Of a stretch of 64,000 nt of DNA, positions 50,761 through 62,959 are shown piece by piece. Source of the DNA: Octopus sinensis (taxonomy: Eukaryota); contig NC_042997.1 in assembly GCF_006345805.1 (NCBI RefSeq), positions 17,856,001-17,920,000 of the forward strand, written 5' to 3'. The notes beneath the pieces were generated by a model that worked only from the letters and a program-made list of their open reading frames with translations, was not told the origin of the DNA and ran no database searches. The translations under genes were made by a program, and so were the position numbers. Position 1 is the first letter of the stretch, and each line of letters starts with the position of its first letter.

Positions 50761-51960
50761 TGACTTACACATGCACACACACACACATTCCAGACTTCCA
50801 GCATCATTTTTGGCAACTAACCAAAAACTATAAATGATGCTGGTTGACTTATTTGTCACCATAAAAACTAAAAACTAAAGAAGGTGTTGTTCTTGAAAGA
50901 CTAGCATGAAAAATTTATTTGGAGGGAAATATGTCTATGCCGTATCTCATACTATTCTCTTTATTTGTAACTTGACCTGCTGCACGCCTTTGCACCAAAC
51001 ACTAAAGAATATTATCCTAAGTGTTGTTTGACAGTTGCTGACTGCATGTTAGTTCCATCTATCCTTTTGGCAGCCTTGCTTTTATTGTGTAGCTTTCTAG
51101 CAACCTTCGTAGCTATGTCAGCTTACTAGTGATACTGACAAAGTGGTAGATGGCTCAACCATGTGACAGTCTTTACTGGGGTAAATGTTACCAGCAACAC
51201 ATACATATGTATGCAGACGCCCCCACACACATGAATGTACACACTCATTCACCCCCACCACACATATCACCATCATCATCATTAAACGTCTGTTTTCCAT
51301 GCTGGCATGGGTTGGATGAGTAGATCAGAGCGGGTAAAGCCAGGGTTCACACCCGGTTCCATTGTCTGTTCTGGTATGGTTTCTACAGCTGGATGCACTT
51401 CCTAACACCAACAATTCCACAGAATGTATGGGGTAGTTTTTTTATGTGGCACCAGCACCAGTATTAATTCTGCTGAGGTAGACAGGTCTTCTTCAGTAGG
51501 CAGACAGGTCAACAGATCATGAGTATATATATATGAATATTTGTGTGTGTACATATATATATATATGTGTGTATTTCATTATAATCATAATTTTTGGTCT
51601 GCTTCTCCATTCTTATCTGTAGTAGGTGTGACTTAATACAAAAAATACATAATATAAGTGTCAATTAAAAGAAAACAAGACATGTCCACCTTACATCCAT
51701 CATTCATCTGTTGCTAGAGCAGTATGGTGCCCATTTTACTGCAGAATATCAGTAATTCCAATCCTCATTAATTAGGGAAGACAAATTTTCCTGCGTTATT
51801 TAACTGTACTATTCTATTTCTACCACAAGAATCTCATTTGTTATACAGATAATTTGTCAGTCACTTATCACAAGCAGGATATTGTATTTTTAATGTTGTC
51901 TAACATAGTGGGGTATCAAACACCTGACAACTGACCCCACTAAATATTTGAACAAATTAA

Positions 51961-52130
51961 GGTGCAGGAGTGGCTGTGTGGTAAGTAGCTTGCTAACCAA
52001 CCACATGGTTCCGGGTTCAGTCCCACTGCATGGCATCTTGGGCAAGTGTCTTCTGCTATAGCCCCGGGCCGACCAATGCCTTGTGAGTGGATTTGGTAGA
52101 CAGAAACTGAAAGAAGCCTGTCTTATATAT

Positions 52131-52168
<38 letters not shown>

Positions 52169-52350
52169 TTGTGTGTCTGTGTTTGTCCCCCAAGCATTGC
52201 TTGACAACCGATGCTGGTGTGTTTACGTCTCCGTCACTTAGCGGTTCGGCAAAAGAGACCAATAGAATTAAGTCCCGGGGTCGATTTTCTCGACTAAAGG
52301 CGGTGCTCCAGCATGGCCACAGTCAAATGACTGAAACAAGTAAAAGAGTT
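51961..52350 (+). mobile_element. CORE-type (octopus OR-like) SINE with internal TA/TG tract and CR1-like tail
   Basis: tRNA head ggtgcaggagtggctgtgtggtaag..gggttcagtccc, core cttgggcaagtgtc, tail gtgctccagcatggccacagtc..gaaacaagtaaaaga. Confidence 0.85.
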
Positions 52351-52519
52351 GTTTGAGTACCAATTTTAAAAAACAGGATTCATATATGCTCTACCCCACT
52401 CCACATCTGTGTATTTATGAATGTGCTTATGTATGTATATATATATGTATGGATGTATATATATTCTTTTACTCTTTTACTTGTTTCAGTCATTTGACTG
52501 TGGCCAAGCAAGAGCACAT

Positions 52520-52728
52520 TAATTTCAAATTTTGGCAAAGGCCAGCAAGTTCAGGGGAAGGATAAGCTGATTACATCGACCCCAGTGTTTAACTGGTTCT
52601 TATTTTATTGACTTCAAAAGGATGACAGGTGAAGTTGACCCTAGTGATATTTGAACTCAGAATGTAAAGACAAAGGAAATACCACTAAGCATTTTGCCTG
52701 GTGTGCTAATGATTCTGCCAGCTCACCT
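52520..52728 (-). mobile_element. Meta-core SINE
   Basis: Same family as 600-795. Confidence 0.82.
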
Positions 52729-52730
52729 TT

Positions 52731-52825
<95 letters not shown>

Positions 52826-53810
52826 TTATATGCATATATTATACATGGTAGAAATTGGGAAAGGGTGTGAGTGAAGGAAGGTGTGAATGAAATCCAATAA
52901 TTAGTGCTAACATTTCTTGGTAAGTGCTATTGCTGCACTGATGAGAAAAGAACATATAAAAGAATTGGAAAAGAACAATTAAGCATTATAAAGAAGTACT
53001 CACACCTCATCGGTAATGTCATCTTGTAGTTTATGTAGGTGAAAATAAAAACAAAAATACGTTCTCAATTAATTATAGATACACACGTTCTTGCATGTGC
53101 ACACACAAATACACACACATACAAATACACACACATACAGAAACACACACAAAGACACTCATACACACAGTTGTATTTAATTTGCAGCATAAATATCCAA
53201 CAGATGAATGCCTCTAGTTAAAATTAGTTTTATATGCCATTTTACAACATATTTCTACATTTCTGACCTTTAATTCTTGTAAAATAATATATGAATTTAT
53301 TAATGTAACTAATTTTAATTAAACTTTAATTAATTACACATTAATTAAACAATTCCTGACCTCCTTTATCAGAAGAATTTACACACAATTACCACAGAAT
53401 ATAAATAACATAGTTTAGTTGTTGCTGATATATTGACTGTGTATTTTTATATCTTGCTCAATTGATATATTTTCACCTTTTAAGCATCTGTTTTTCTAAA
53501 AGTTCTACTCACTTGCTTCAAAGGTCAATAAGAAGGCTCATCATTATGAAACAAACAAAAAAAAAAACATGGAAACTGAACTTAATTCTCTTATGTAGAT
53601 TATACTAATCGAAAATTGTTTATATTTTTTTGCTGAGATGTAATAGAGTAAACTGTATTCATAATTGTTGCTTGTCTACATACAAAAGTTAAAGTATCCC
53701 CTAATCTATAAATTAAATTGGAGAGATTATTTCTTAAATTCTTAGAATTAACTATCACTTACTTTGGGACTCTGTCAATTGACACTAATTTTTTTATCTG
53801 CTTTCTTCAG

Positions 53811-53869
53811 CTGACAGAGTTATGTCCAATAACACTGTAGATACTACAGATACAACTACCTCATGTTAG
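53811..53869 (+). CDS. Candidate terminal coding exon (xDRVMSNNTVDTTDTTTSC*)
   Basis: Branch-like CTAAT, polypyrimidine tract and CAG acceptor at 53810; phase-compatible with 17011-17081. No homology recognised. Confidence 0.22.
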
Positions 53870-54294
53870 TGTGCATTCTGCTGCAGGAAGAGATATCAGG
53901 CACACTTTGTTTAAGATTAACCATAAACACGTGTATACATACACATACATACACACATATAAAGTCAAAATGACAAATAACATCTCAAATAACCAATCCC
54001 AAAACATTCTCTTTCCAAAACCCAAGGAAACAAATTCAACTCCAAATTTTTTTCCATCTAACTCACATGTATATAAAATTAATGAATTTTTATATGAAAT
54101 CACAATGAATCCATGAAAGGGATGAAAGTACTAAATAAATAGTTGTGTCCATATATAAGTATATATATGTATATATATATATAAATATAGGTAGATAGAT
54201 GATGATGAAGACAATGGTGATGATGATATATATATAAATACATATATAGATTTAAATCCACAACCCTCACCAGTGACATACATCATCTCAAAAA

Positions 54295-55540
54295 TAGGAA
54301 TATTCCATATAACTTATGGTCCATAATAGATTCAGGGCTTACATATCAGAGTCAATGCTCAGCCTGTAAGTTATGCCTAAAAGAGGCATTCCACATATTA
54401 TAACACAATTATTTCTAAATAAGTATAATGAAGGTATGAAAAATATATAGTCGAAAAAGGGTCGTTGGAGATTACCAAATATGAGTTTCCAATGTCTTAA
54501 TCTTTTTAACTTTTCAATTTTTAATTTCAATTTTAATAATACATACATACATACATACATATATATATAGGTATAGATACACATGTATGCATATGTGTAT
54601 AGGTATATAAATATGTGGGCCTATATATTAGTGCATATACACATCTATATGTATATATGTGCACATGTGTGTAAATCTATCTAAATATTTTTCTTTCCCT
54701 CACTAATTCATCAAACCCTACTATCATTTTAGCTAGTTTTTAGAAACTTGGCCATTATATCTTATTATTCTTCCCTTCCATTTTGAGATTTACTACTCAC
54801 TTTTAGTACATCCCCATACCATTTTCTTTACCTATCTCTTCACCTTAGTGCCATTCGAACATATCAACCCACCTTCCACTTCTCACACATATTCCTTCCT
54901 TACATTTTTATCTCTTCCTTCTAATTCTCCCCTATTCCTTTTATCTACTGACATCTCTCCTCTCCCCTCCCCCTCACAATATCTTTACCACCATCTAGCA
55001 CTCTTTTTCACATTCTTTTCCTCTTTCTTTCTTTCCTTCTTCTTTCCTCCCCCATTCTTTTTGACCAATACCATTTTCCTCCTTCTAACATACATATCTA
55101 TTCTCTTCTCTCTGTGTACCTACCCCTACCAATATGTTCTCAAAATTTCATTTACACTACAAGACCCATTTGAACAAACAGTACACGTAATAACAAAATA
55201 TGAACTATCAGAATTTACATACCATGGACAAGAAGCCTTTCTACCTATTCTACACAGCACTTTTCTTGGATAATGTAACATCCAACATATTTTTATTCTT
55301 ACTCCCTTATTTCCATTTATACTTCCTATATTTCTCCCTTTCCAAAATAACTTCTTATATTGAACTCTACCATTTCTCTCTATTTAACTCATATTGTCTC
55401 TGATGGAGGGATATCCCTCATATCCTTGAAACAGCTGTAAGACATTTTCTTTATAAATGTCCTAGAAATTTCACACTGCTTTGGCTGTGTTGTCTCATTT
55501 TATTTAACATATACATGTTCACACATGACCATTAGACTCC
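54295..55540 (+). mobile_element. Penelope-like element 3' part: GIY-YIG C-terminus plus pLTR
   Basis: NIPYNLWSIIDSGLTYQSQCSACKLCLKEAFHIL (cf. PLE KWSI..Y..CNLCLxEK), followed by a pyrimidine-rich UTR and a hammerhead. Confidence 0.7.
55395..55444 (+). ncRNA. Minimal type-I hammerhead motif, family E
   Basis: TGTCT CTGATGG AGGGATAT CCCTC ATATCCTT GAA ACAGCTGT A|AGACA: perfect 5-bp helix I, 8-bp helix II, palindromic helix III; core A9 is G. Confidence 0.78.
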
Positions 55541-55637
55541 TCACTCATACTATTATTGAAGTGGAAGTCAAACTATAGTCCTTCTGTAGCACTTACATAG
55601 CCTTACCTGCCATTTTGGGTCTTCTGGATACCAAAAC

Positions 55638-55728
<91 letters not shown>

Positions 55729-56044
55729 TATGTATATGATTTAGAGAAAAACCTCTATTAAACAATTCAATAAAAAAAATGTTATTCACACCATATAGAA
55801 AACTTATTCTATAAAAAAAAAACCTTACTCTAAAAATCAATTAAGTACAATAAATAATAAATAGTAGTAGCAATAAATATATATAGTAGTATATATACAC
55901 ACATACGCATGCACATGCATGCACACACACACATATATGTTTGTATATACATACGTATATATATATAGTAGTATATATACACACACACACGCATGCACAC
56001 ACATATATGTATGTATATACATACATATATATATATATATGATG

Positions 56045-56200
56045 GGCCCCTTTCAGTTTCCATCAACTAGGTCTTCTCATAAGGCTTTAGTTGGTCCAGA
56101 GCTATTATAGAAGTCATCTGCCCAATGTGCCATGTAATGGGACTGAACCTGAAGCATAGGGTTAGCAAGCAAACATCATAACTATGCAACCATACCTGTG
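56045..56200 (-). mobile_element. CORE-type SINE fragment; a similar one lies at 59525-59680
   Basis: Reverse-complement match to the 51961 family. Confidence 0.7.
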
Positions 56201-57334
56201 CTTTAGGACTTTATTTTATGTGCCCTTTCTAATTTAAAATGGTTGGCTATAATCATTAGGAAGAGTTGGCTGCTATTTATGCTATTTTGAGCAACTATGT
56301 AGCTGCTTCCATGTTTGATAACACATTTTTAAGTGTAATTCACAATTTCTGCAGTATCTCAAATTACTATTTGATATGTGTGTTGAGGCCTGGTGGGGGT
56401 TAGCGGTGGTGGTGGACATGATGTTTGATATAGTAATTTAATAAATTTGCATTTAATAATTAAATTTAATAATTTGCATGATGATGATGTTGATTATGTT
56501 GTACATCCTGGACCAGCTAATGAGTTGTAGTCAGAGAGCATGTAATAGAGTTTTCCAGATAATTGCTGCGTAACTTATCTAATGAAAAGTTATGTGTAGG
56601 AGTATAAAAGAATGATGAGATATTATGTTCTTATAGATAATTAATATGCTCTTTTGTGTGTTGTATAGCTTTTTCTGTTATCATTTTCCCAAAGACTACA
56701 CCCATAGATTATCTATTCGGGATATTAGCTTTCTAATTAAGAAAATCTGTGTGGTTCAAACCCAACTAAGCCTAAATTGCAATCCTTCATTTGTTGAACA
56801 TGGATGTTATCTTTAGCTAAGATAACTCCCCATTTTGGCATCATTCTAAATTACAAGGATGACAACTTATAATATTTTGTCTTCATAGATGCTATTGTAA
56901 CTGACAAATGGCACACAAAGTGTTTAATGTAAAATAAGCTTGTACAGTGAGTAAATCACTTTTTCTTCCAGGAAATGTTGTTGATATTTAGGCCCAAGTC
57001 AGCTCTGACTTGGGTCTATATGAGGTCCAATAATATTTCAGCCTCAACCATTCAGCTTTTTATACAACTACATTATCCAATGCACTTTACTTTTTGAAAA
57101 TAGTAATGTGTCAATTGAAGAGACTAGGTTACTATTTCTAGCCGACCAAGCAACTGTATAGCTTACTCAAGATGTATAACTTGAGGTGGAAAAAATTGTT
57201 GCCACAGATATATAATGGGCACATGCATATGCTTCTAGCTGACATACAGCCTACTGTGGACAAGGGTCCAGCAAACCATATTTCTGTAGCGCTAGGAATA
57301 AGGGAAATTATTTTAACATAACACCAATATTGAT

Positions 57335-57545
57335 TTTAAATTTTGGCACAAGGCCAGCAATATCGGAGAAGGGGTAAATCAATTACATCAACCTCAATAC
57401 TCAACTGGTACTTATTTTATTGAACCCGAAAGGATGAAAGGCAAAGTTGACTCTGGTGGAATTTGAACTCAGGACGTAAGGACAGATGAAATGCTGCTAA
57501 GTATTTTTTCCAGCATGCTAAGGCTTCTACTAGGTCATTGCCTTC
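57335..57545 (-). mobile_element. Meta-core SINE
   Basis: Same family as 600-795. Confidence 0.85.
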
Positions 57546-58138
57546 CATAACACCAATATTAGTGAGGTCAAACAATAAGACAAGTATTGAGAGAAAAGTA
57601 TGATCTCCTCATATAAAATTTGACATGGGACTTACACTGTAATGAGTGGGATAATGGAAGTAAAGGCTGAAAGCAAAATATGAAGGAAGATGAGGCAAAA
57701 GACAGTGGTTACAAGTATGATTTGTGGGAGATAAAGATGATAATTGGTGGGTACCAGTAGAGAGTGAAGTCTGACATAAAAATGATTGCTGTTGTTTAAA
57801 CACAATGTCAGCACTTATCAATAGGACCTCTGATCAAAGTTGTTGCTTTGGTCATATGTTTGCTATCATTATCCTGGCTCATTTTCATATATGGTCTCTC
57901 TATGACTATTAGCCGTCACTCAATCTGTGTTAGATGTAGCTTAAATCTACCTCAACTTATACTTTTTAGTCTTAACAACGTTAATGTAGTAAAAAGTGCC
58001 GATGGAGAAGACAGCTTTGGTTGGCAAGCAGCAGATGGTTAGCTATTTGCTCAACAGATGAATTCTTATAAAATATATTGTTAGAAGCAGCAACAGTAGC
58101 AACAGTAGTACTAGTATAGATAGTAGTGGTGTTAGTAA

Positions 58139-58174
<36 letters not shown>

Positions 58175-59398
58175 CAGCAGCAGTAGATTGTAGTAGTTGT
58201 AGTGGTGGTAGCAACAGTAAGGGCAATAGTAGTGATAATGGTGGTGGTGATATGGTGGCAGTAGTAGTAGTAGGAGGAGGAGGAGGAGTTGTTGATGTAG
58301 TAGCAGTAAATGAGAGAGGTGAAGACAAGGAGTGGATGAGAGAGAAAAAATTGATTTTCATTGTTAGATGAAATAAAAGAGGGAATAATAAAAAAAAATC
58401 CGTAGAACAACTAACGATACGTTTCATCTTTGTACGAGTAGAAAAATAGGTAAAAATCCAATACAGGTGTTTCAACCATTCATGAAATGGTGCAAAATAT
58501 TTCTTTCATTTTCATTTATCATTTCCTCTTCGTATTTTGTCAGTTTATCATCAGTATGAGATGATCAGCCATTTTCTGAGCTGATCTTCTCCAAAAATTA
58601 CTCAAAAGGTTTAAAATGGCCAGAGAAATAAGAAGCAAAGAGGAGTAAATATGAAAAATGCCTAAGTATATATTCTGTCAAATTCATATGCTTTACTGTG
58701 CCATCGTCAGTCCCACCACCACTGCTACCACCACCATCACTGCCAACAATGTTATTGCTACAAGTGCTGATGATACCATCACCACCATGACTGTTGCTGC
58801 TACTGCCAACACTGCCACCTCCTTTACAGTGTGTACAAGGTGCTTTTTCATGCCATCAGCACATGTGAGATCCTAAGACATCTTCTTTGTCTTTGCAGTA
58901 GTTCATAGTGATATCGCTTTTCCAATCATTGGGTATGACACTTTCCTGCCTAACTTGATTAACTCTCTAGGTGGTCATCATGTATCCTAGCTCACTACCT
59001 ATTTTGAGCATCTCTGCAACTATCTCTAATGGACCAACAGATTTCTCCCTCTTTATATCCAAGCTGCTGTCAATTTGAATTTCTGGGTTAGTACGAGGCA
59101 GCCCTTTTTTTTTATCCCTTGCATTCTCCATATTGTGGTGAAATAGATGTTGCCAATGAGTTGCTTGTAATTAGTTTTATCGTAATTATCTTATTTCACA
59201 TCCTGACTATCTAAATTATTTCATCAATCCAGTTCTCAGCTAACACAATGCACCCCTACTGTCCTTAAGCAATCTCTTGCCCGTGACAAGTTTAATTGGG
59301 GATCATTTTCATCTTATACCTACCTACACACACACACACACTTCTATGTAAGTATCAAACAATGAGAATGAGCGCTCAATACTCCATTAGTGGATAAA

Positions 59399-59512
59399 AA
59401 TTCATTTGTGCATTAAGGCTACCATTGGTTTCATGCAAAGGAAGCCCTCAACAATTATCAGGCCTATCACACAGAACATGAACCAATGGTAGCCTTAATG
59501 CACAAATAAATT
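59399..59512. repeat. Inverted repeat with 27-bp perfect arms
   Basis: atttgtgcattaaggctaccattggtt (59404-59430) / aaccaatggtagccttaatgcacaaat (59481-59507). Confidence 0.9.
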
Positions 59513-60009
59513 ATATATATGACAAACTTCTCAGTTCCTGTTTACCAATTTTCCCCTCATAAGTTATTGGTTGACTCATGCTACTATAGCATAGAATCTT
59601 TGCTGGCAATATTCATGCAGTGGGATTGAACCTCTCACCTCATGGTTAGAAGTTCTTAAACACACAGCCATGCTTCTCTTATATAATATTTCTTATACAC
59701 TTCTTTCCAAGTCTACATCTTAGGAAGTCTATTATGAATATTGACTGATATAAGCAGTCTAACTACGAAAACCAAGTTTGGTTGAAATTGCAATCCTTTG
59801 ATTGACTAACCTGTATGTTCTTTCTAGAGGTTATAACCCCAAATTATTTTAGAGCAAGGTTAAATTTACATTCTTATATATATTAACTTCTCAAAAGCAT
59901 TATCTTTCATTTGTAACTAACATTTTCTTTCCTCTCACATCACATTCCTTTTCCACCTCACACTCATACTTTCTATAATTTATTTCCTCTTCCAGCATCT
60001 TTTCTGTCT

Positions 60010-60056
60010 GCCTGTTTGTCTGTCTGTCTGTATCTATCTATCTATCTGTCTATCAA

Positions 60057-60131
<75 letters not shown>

Positions 60132-60138
60132 CTATCTG

Positions 60139-60169
<31 letters not shown>

Positions 60170-60222
60170 GTCTATCTATCTCTCTCTCTCTATCTATCTA
60201 CTTATCTCTCTCTCTCTCTTTC

Positions 60223-60282
<60 letters not shown>

Positions 60283-60325
60283 CTTATCTCTCTCTCTATC
60301 TATCTATCTATCTGTTTATCTATTT
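60010..60325. repeat. Compound (CTAT)n/(CT)n microsatellite
   Basis: Direct inspection. Confidence 0.95.
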
Positions 60326-60704
60326 GATCGTGTTCTTCATATGCTTGCTTCAGAACTCATAAAATAGTTGAAGGAATGAAAAATCATGAGACAGTAGTTC
60401 CTGTAAAGCAACCCTCCATCCCCAACCAAAGAAAGTAAAAATAACATCATACATTTCTTTCTAAGCAGGTTCCAAAACAAACTTTAGCTTTAAATCTTGC
60501 CAGAAATGAAACAAGGTATATATAATTGATTAAACTACTGATCAGGCTAATTGACCTTGGTGCATGAATTAATGTTAACTTTAAGCTATAATATATCAAA
60601 GATCAAAACTTATCAAAAAGTGCCAGTAGAATTTTGTTTGAAGTCCTTCTGTATATGACCTGAATACCTCTAACCGCAACATTAAAAGACACAGATAAAA
60701 TAAT

Positions 60705-60726
60705 ATTAATAATAGTAATAATAATA

Positions 60727-60757
<31 letters not shown>

Positions 60758-60777
60758 TGATAATAATAATGATGATG

Positions 60778-60826
<49 letters not shown>

Positions 60827-60900
60827 TAATAATAATAATAATAATAATAAGGAGAAGAAGAAGAAGAAGAAATAATAATAATAATAATAATAATAGTAAA
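60705..60900. repeat. (TAA)n microsatellite with a short (GAA)n insert
   Basis: Direct inspection. Confidence 0.95.
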
Positions 60901-62618
60901 TAATTTCTCTATTATTGCTACAAGGGCAATGGATGAAGGAACATTACAATAATAATAACAACAAGAACAGCAGCAGCAGTAACAACAACAGTAAGGACAA
61001 CAACAATAGCAACAGCAGCAGCAGCACCAATAATAATAGTCATCATCAAAGAAGACAAAGAAGAAGAAATCTGGTCAAGCTTTGATGATTTAGATAATTT
61101 AGAAGATATTAAAGTGATAAACTTACCACATTTACAATTTATTGTTCTCTAGGTTCTCTAGATCATATAGATTAAATGATGTTGTTGTATTTCATAAAGA
61201 ATTAATGATCCATATACAAGTAATGTCTATTTAATTTAATCTACATTCTTTATTTTACACACATACACACGCACACACCTATATAAACTATGATATATAC
61301 ATAAGTATATAATCGCATGCATACACACATGCTGAAGAAAAGATTTAATTTTTAACAGTGTCTCTTCTAAGCAAGACATTATAATTAATTGGATACTTAG
61401 TCTTGATCTAACCTATTATTTAGCAGAATGGGCTATTCAGGCAAAATATATATACTTTTGACTAAGGAAACTTTTGGCTGTTGTTTTTATTGTTGATGAG
61501 TAGAATTGGTTAACTTTTCTCAAGAAGATTCAATAAGCAAACACAAAAAGTTTGATCTGATATACAACATGGCTAGTTTTACGGATACCCTGTTAAAACA
61601 AAATGGTGAGTTATGTGGGGATAGCTTACTTTGCGTAAAGCAAAATAGTTTTAATTAGAGGGGCAACAACCATTTGCTTAATTATTATGGTTAAAAAGAC
61701 AGGGAAGACAACTCCAGGATTAAAAATACAATGCAACAAATATTTTAAGACCCCTGTCCTGGCTGAAGAACGGAATTATGCTCGCAAGCCACCTGATTGT
61801 CTTTTCCTGTTTGCCCTATCCTCTACATATTCCCTTGCTCTCATTTTATCATCTGTCCTTCTCAGCTACCCTTTCCTGTTCACTCACCCTGTCTAATTTT
61901 ACCCTTCCTCAGCACATAACTAAACCATCTTATCCCATTTCTCTTCCTACATTAAATTAATAAAAAATTGAATGCAGGGAAGCTGTGAGAAGTCTAATCT
62001 TTGACAAGTATAAAAGTTGCAAGCTAAGAGCAGTGTTGTTGTTGACACTTCTCCTGTCAACTTCATGCCATGAAAGTTGAGTGAAAGAAGAGATCAAATA
62101 AAAGTTAGTGACAAGATGTGTGTCCAGCTGTACAACAATAATTAAATAATATATTTATCTAAGCCATGCTAGCATAGAAAAACTGAAGAATGAATAAACA
62201 AATTTATATATTTATATATGTATGTCCAGAATAAATAACAAGAATAACAACAAAGATGACAAAACGAAAACAAGGTTTAATTTTTAGTTTGATGCTCAAA
62301 GAGAGAAGTGCCATCAACATTTTGAGCTTAAGCTCCTCTTCAATACTTCAAATAGATAGGTAAAGGTAAGACTGTAAAGGGGTGAAAGGAAATGTAATGA
62401 AGAAATATGTGTTGTTCTGAGTAATGTTGAAAATGGGCCTGTGTATGAGTGCTTGTGTGTGTGTGTGTGTGTGTTGTGTGTGTGTGTGTGTGCGCGTGCA
62501 TATATATATATATAAATAATAATGAGGGAGATAAATTAATATTAATTTTAATATCAATTTAAAACCAGTAGTCCAGCATACAAAATCTGAGGAGTCAGAG
62601 AAAATTCTAATATATGTG

Positions 62619-62866
62619 TATATTGGCAGGGCTTACTGCTAGGGAGTCGGCCATATGCTAGAAATAGACCATCAACGGTCAAACTACAAGGAAATTCTCT
62701 AGAGGAAAAATACAGCGAACACCAGAACCAATTTTGGCGGGCATGACAGATGAAAATTTATATAAAAAACTGTATTTTTCCTCTAGAGAATTTCCTTGTA
62801 GTTTGACCGTTGATGGTCTATTTCTAGCATATGGCCGACTCCCTAGCAGTAAGCCCTGCCAATATA
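62619..62866. mobile_element. Fold-back element or young MITE with 97-bp perfect inverted arms
   Basis: 62619-62715 is the exact reverse complement of 62770-62866; 54-bp spacer; TA-rich flanks. Confidence 0.8.
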
Positions 62867-62959
62867 TACATATATATATATATATATGTACATGCACATA
62901 CGTGCATATGTATGTATGTATGCATACACACACACATATACAAATCTCCCTCTCTCTCT

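Noticed and set aside
61690-61815. CTGAAGA motif inside a short inverted repeat
   Set aside because: There is no GAAA or helix III in register.
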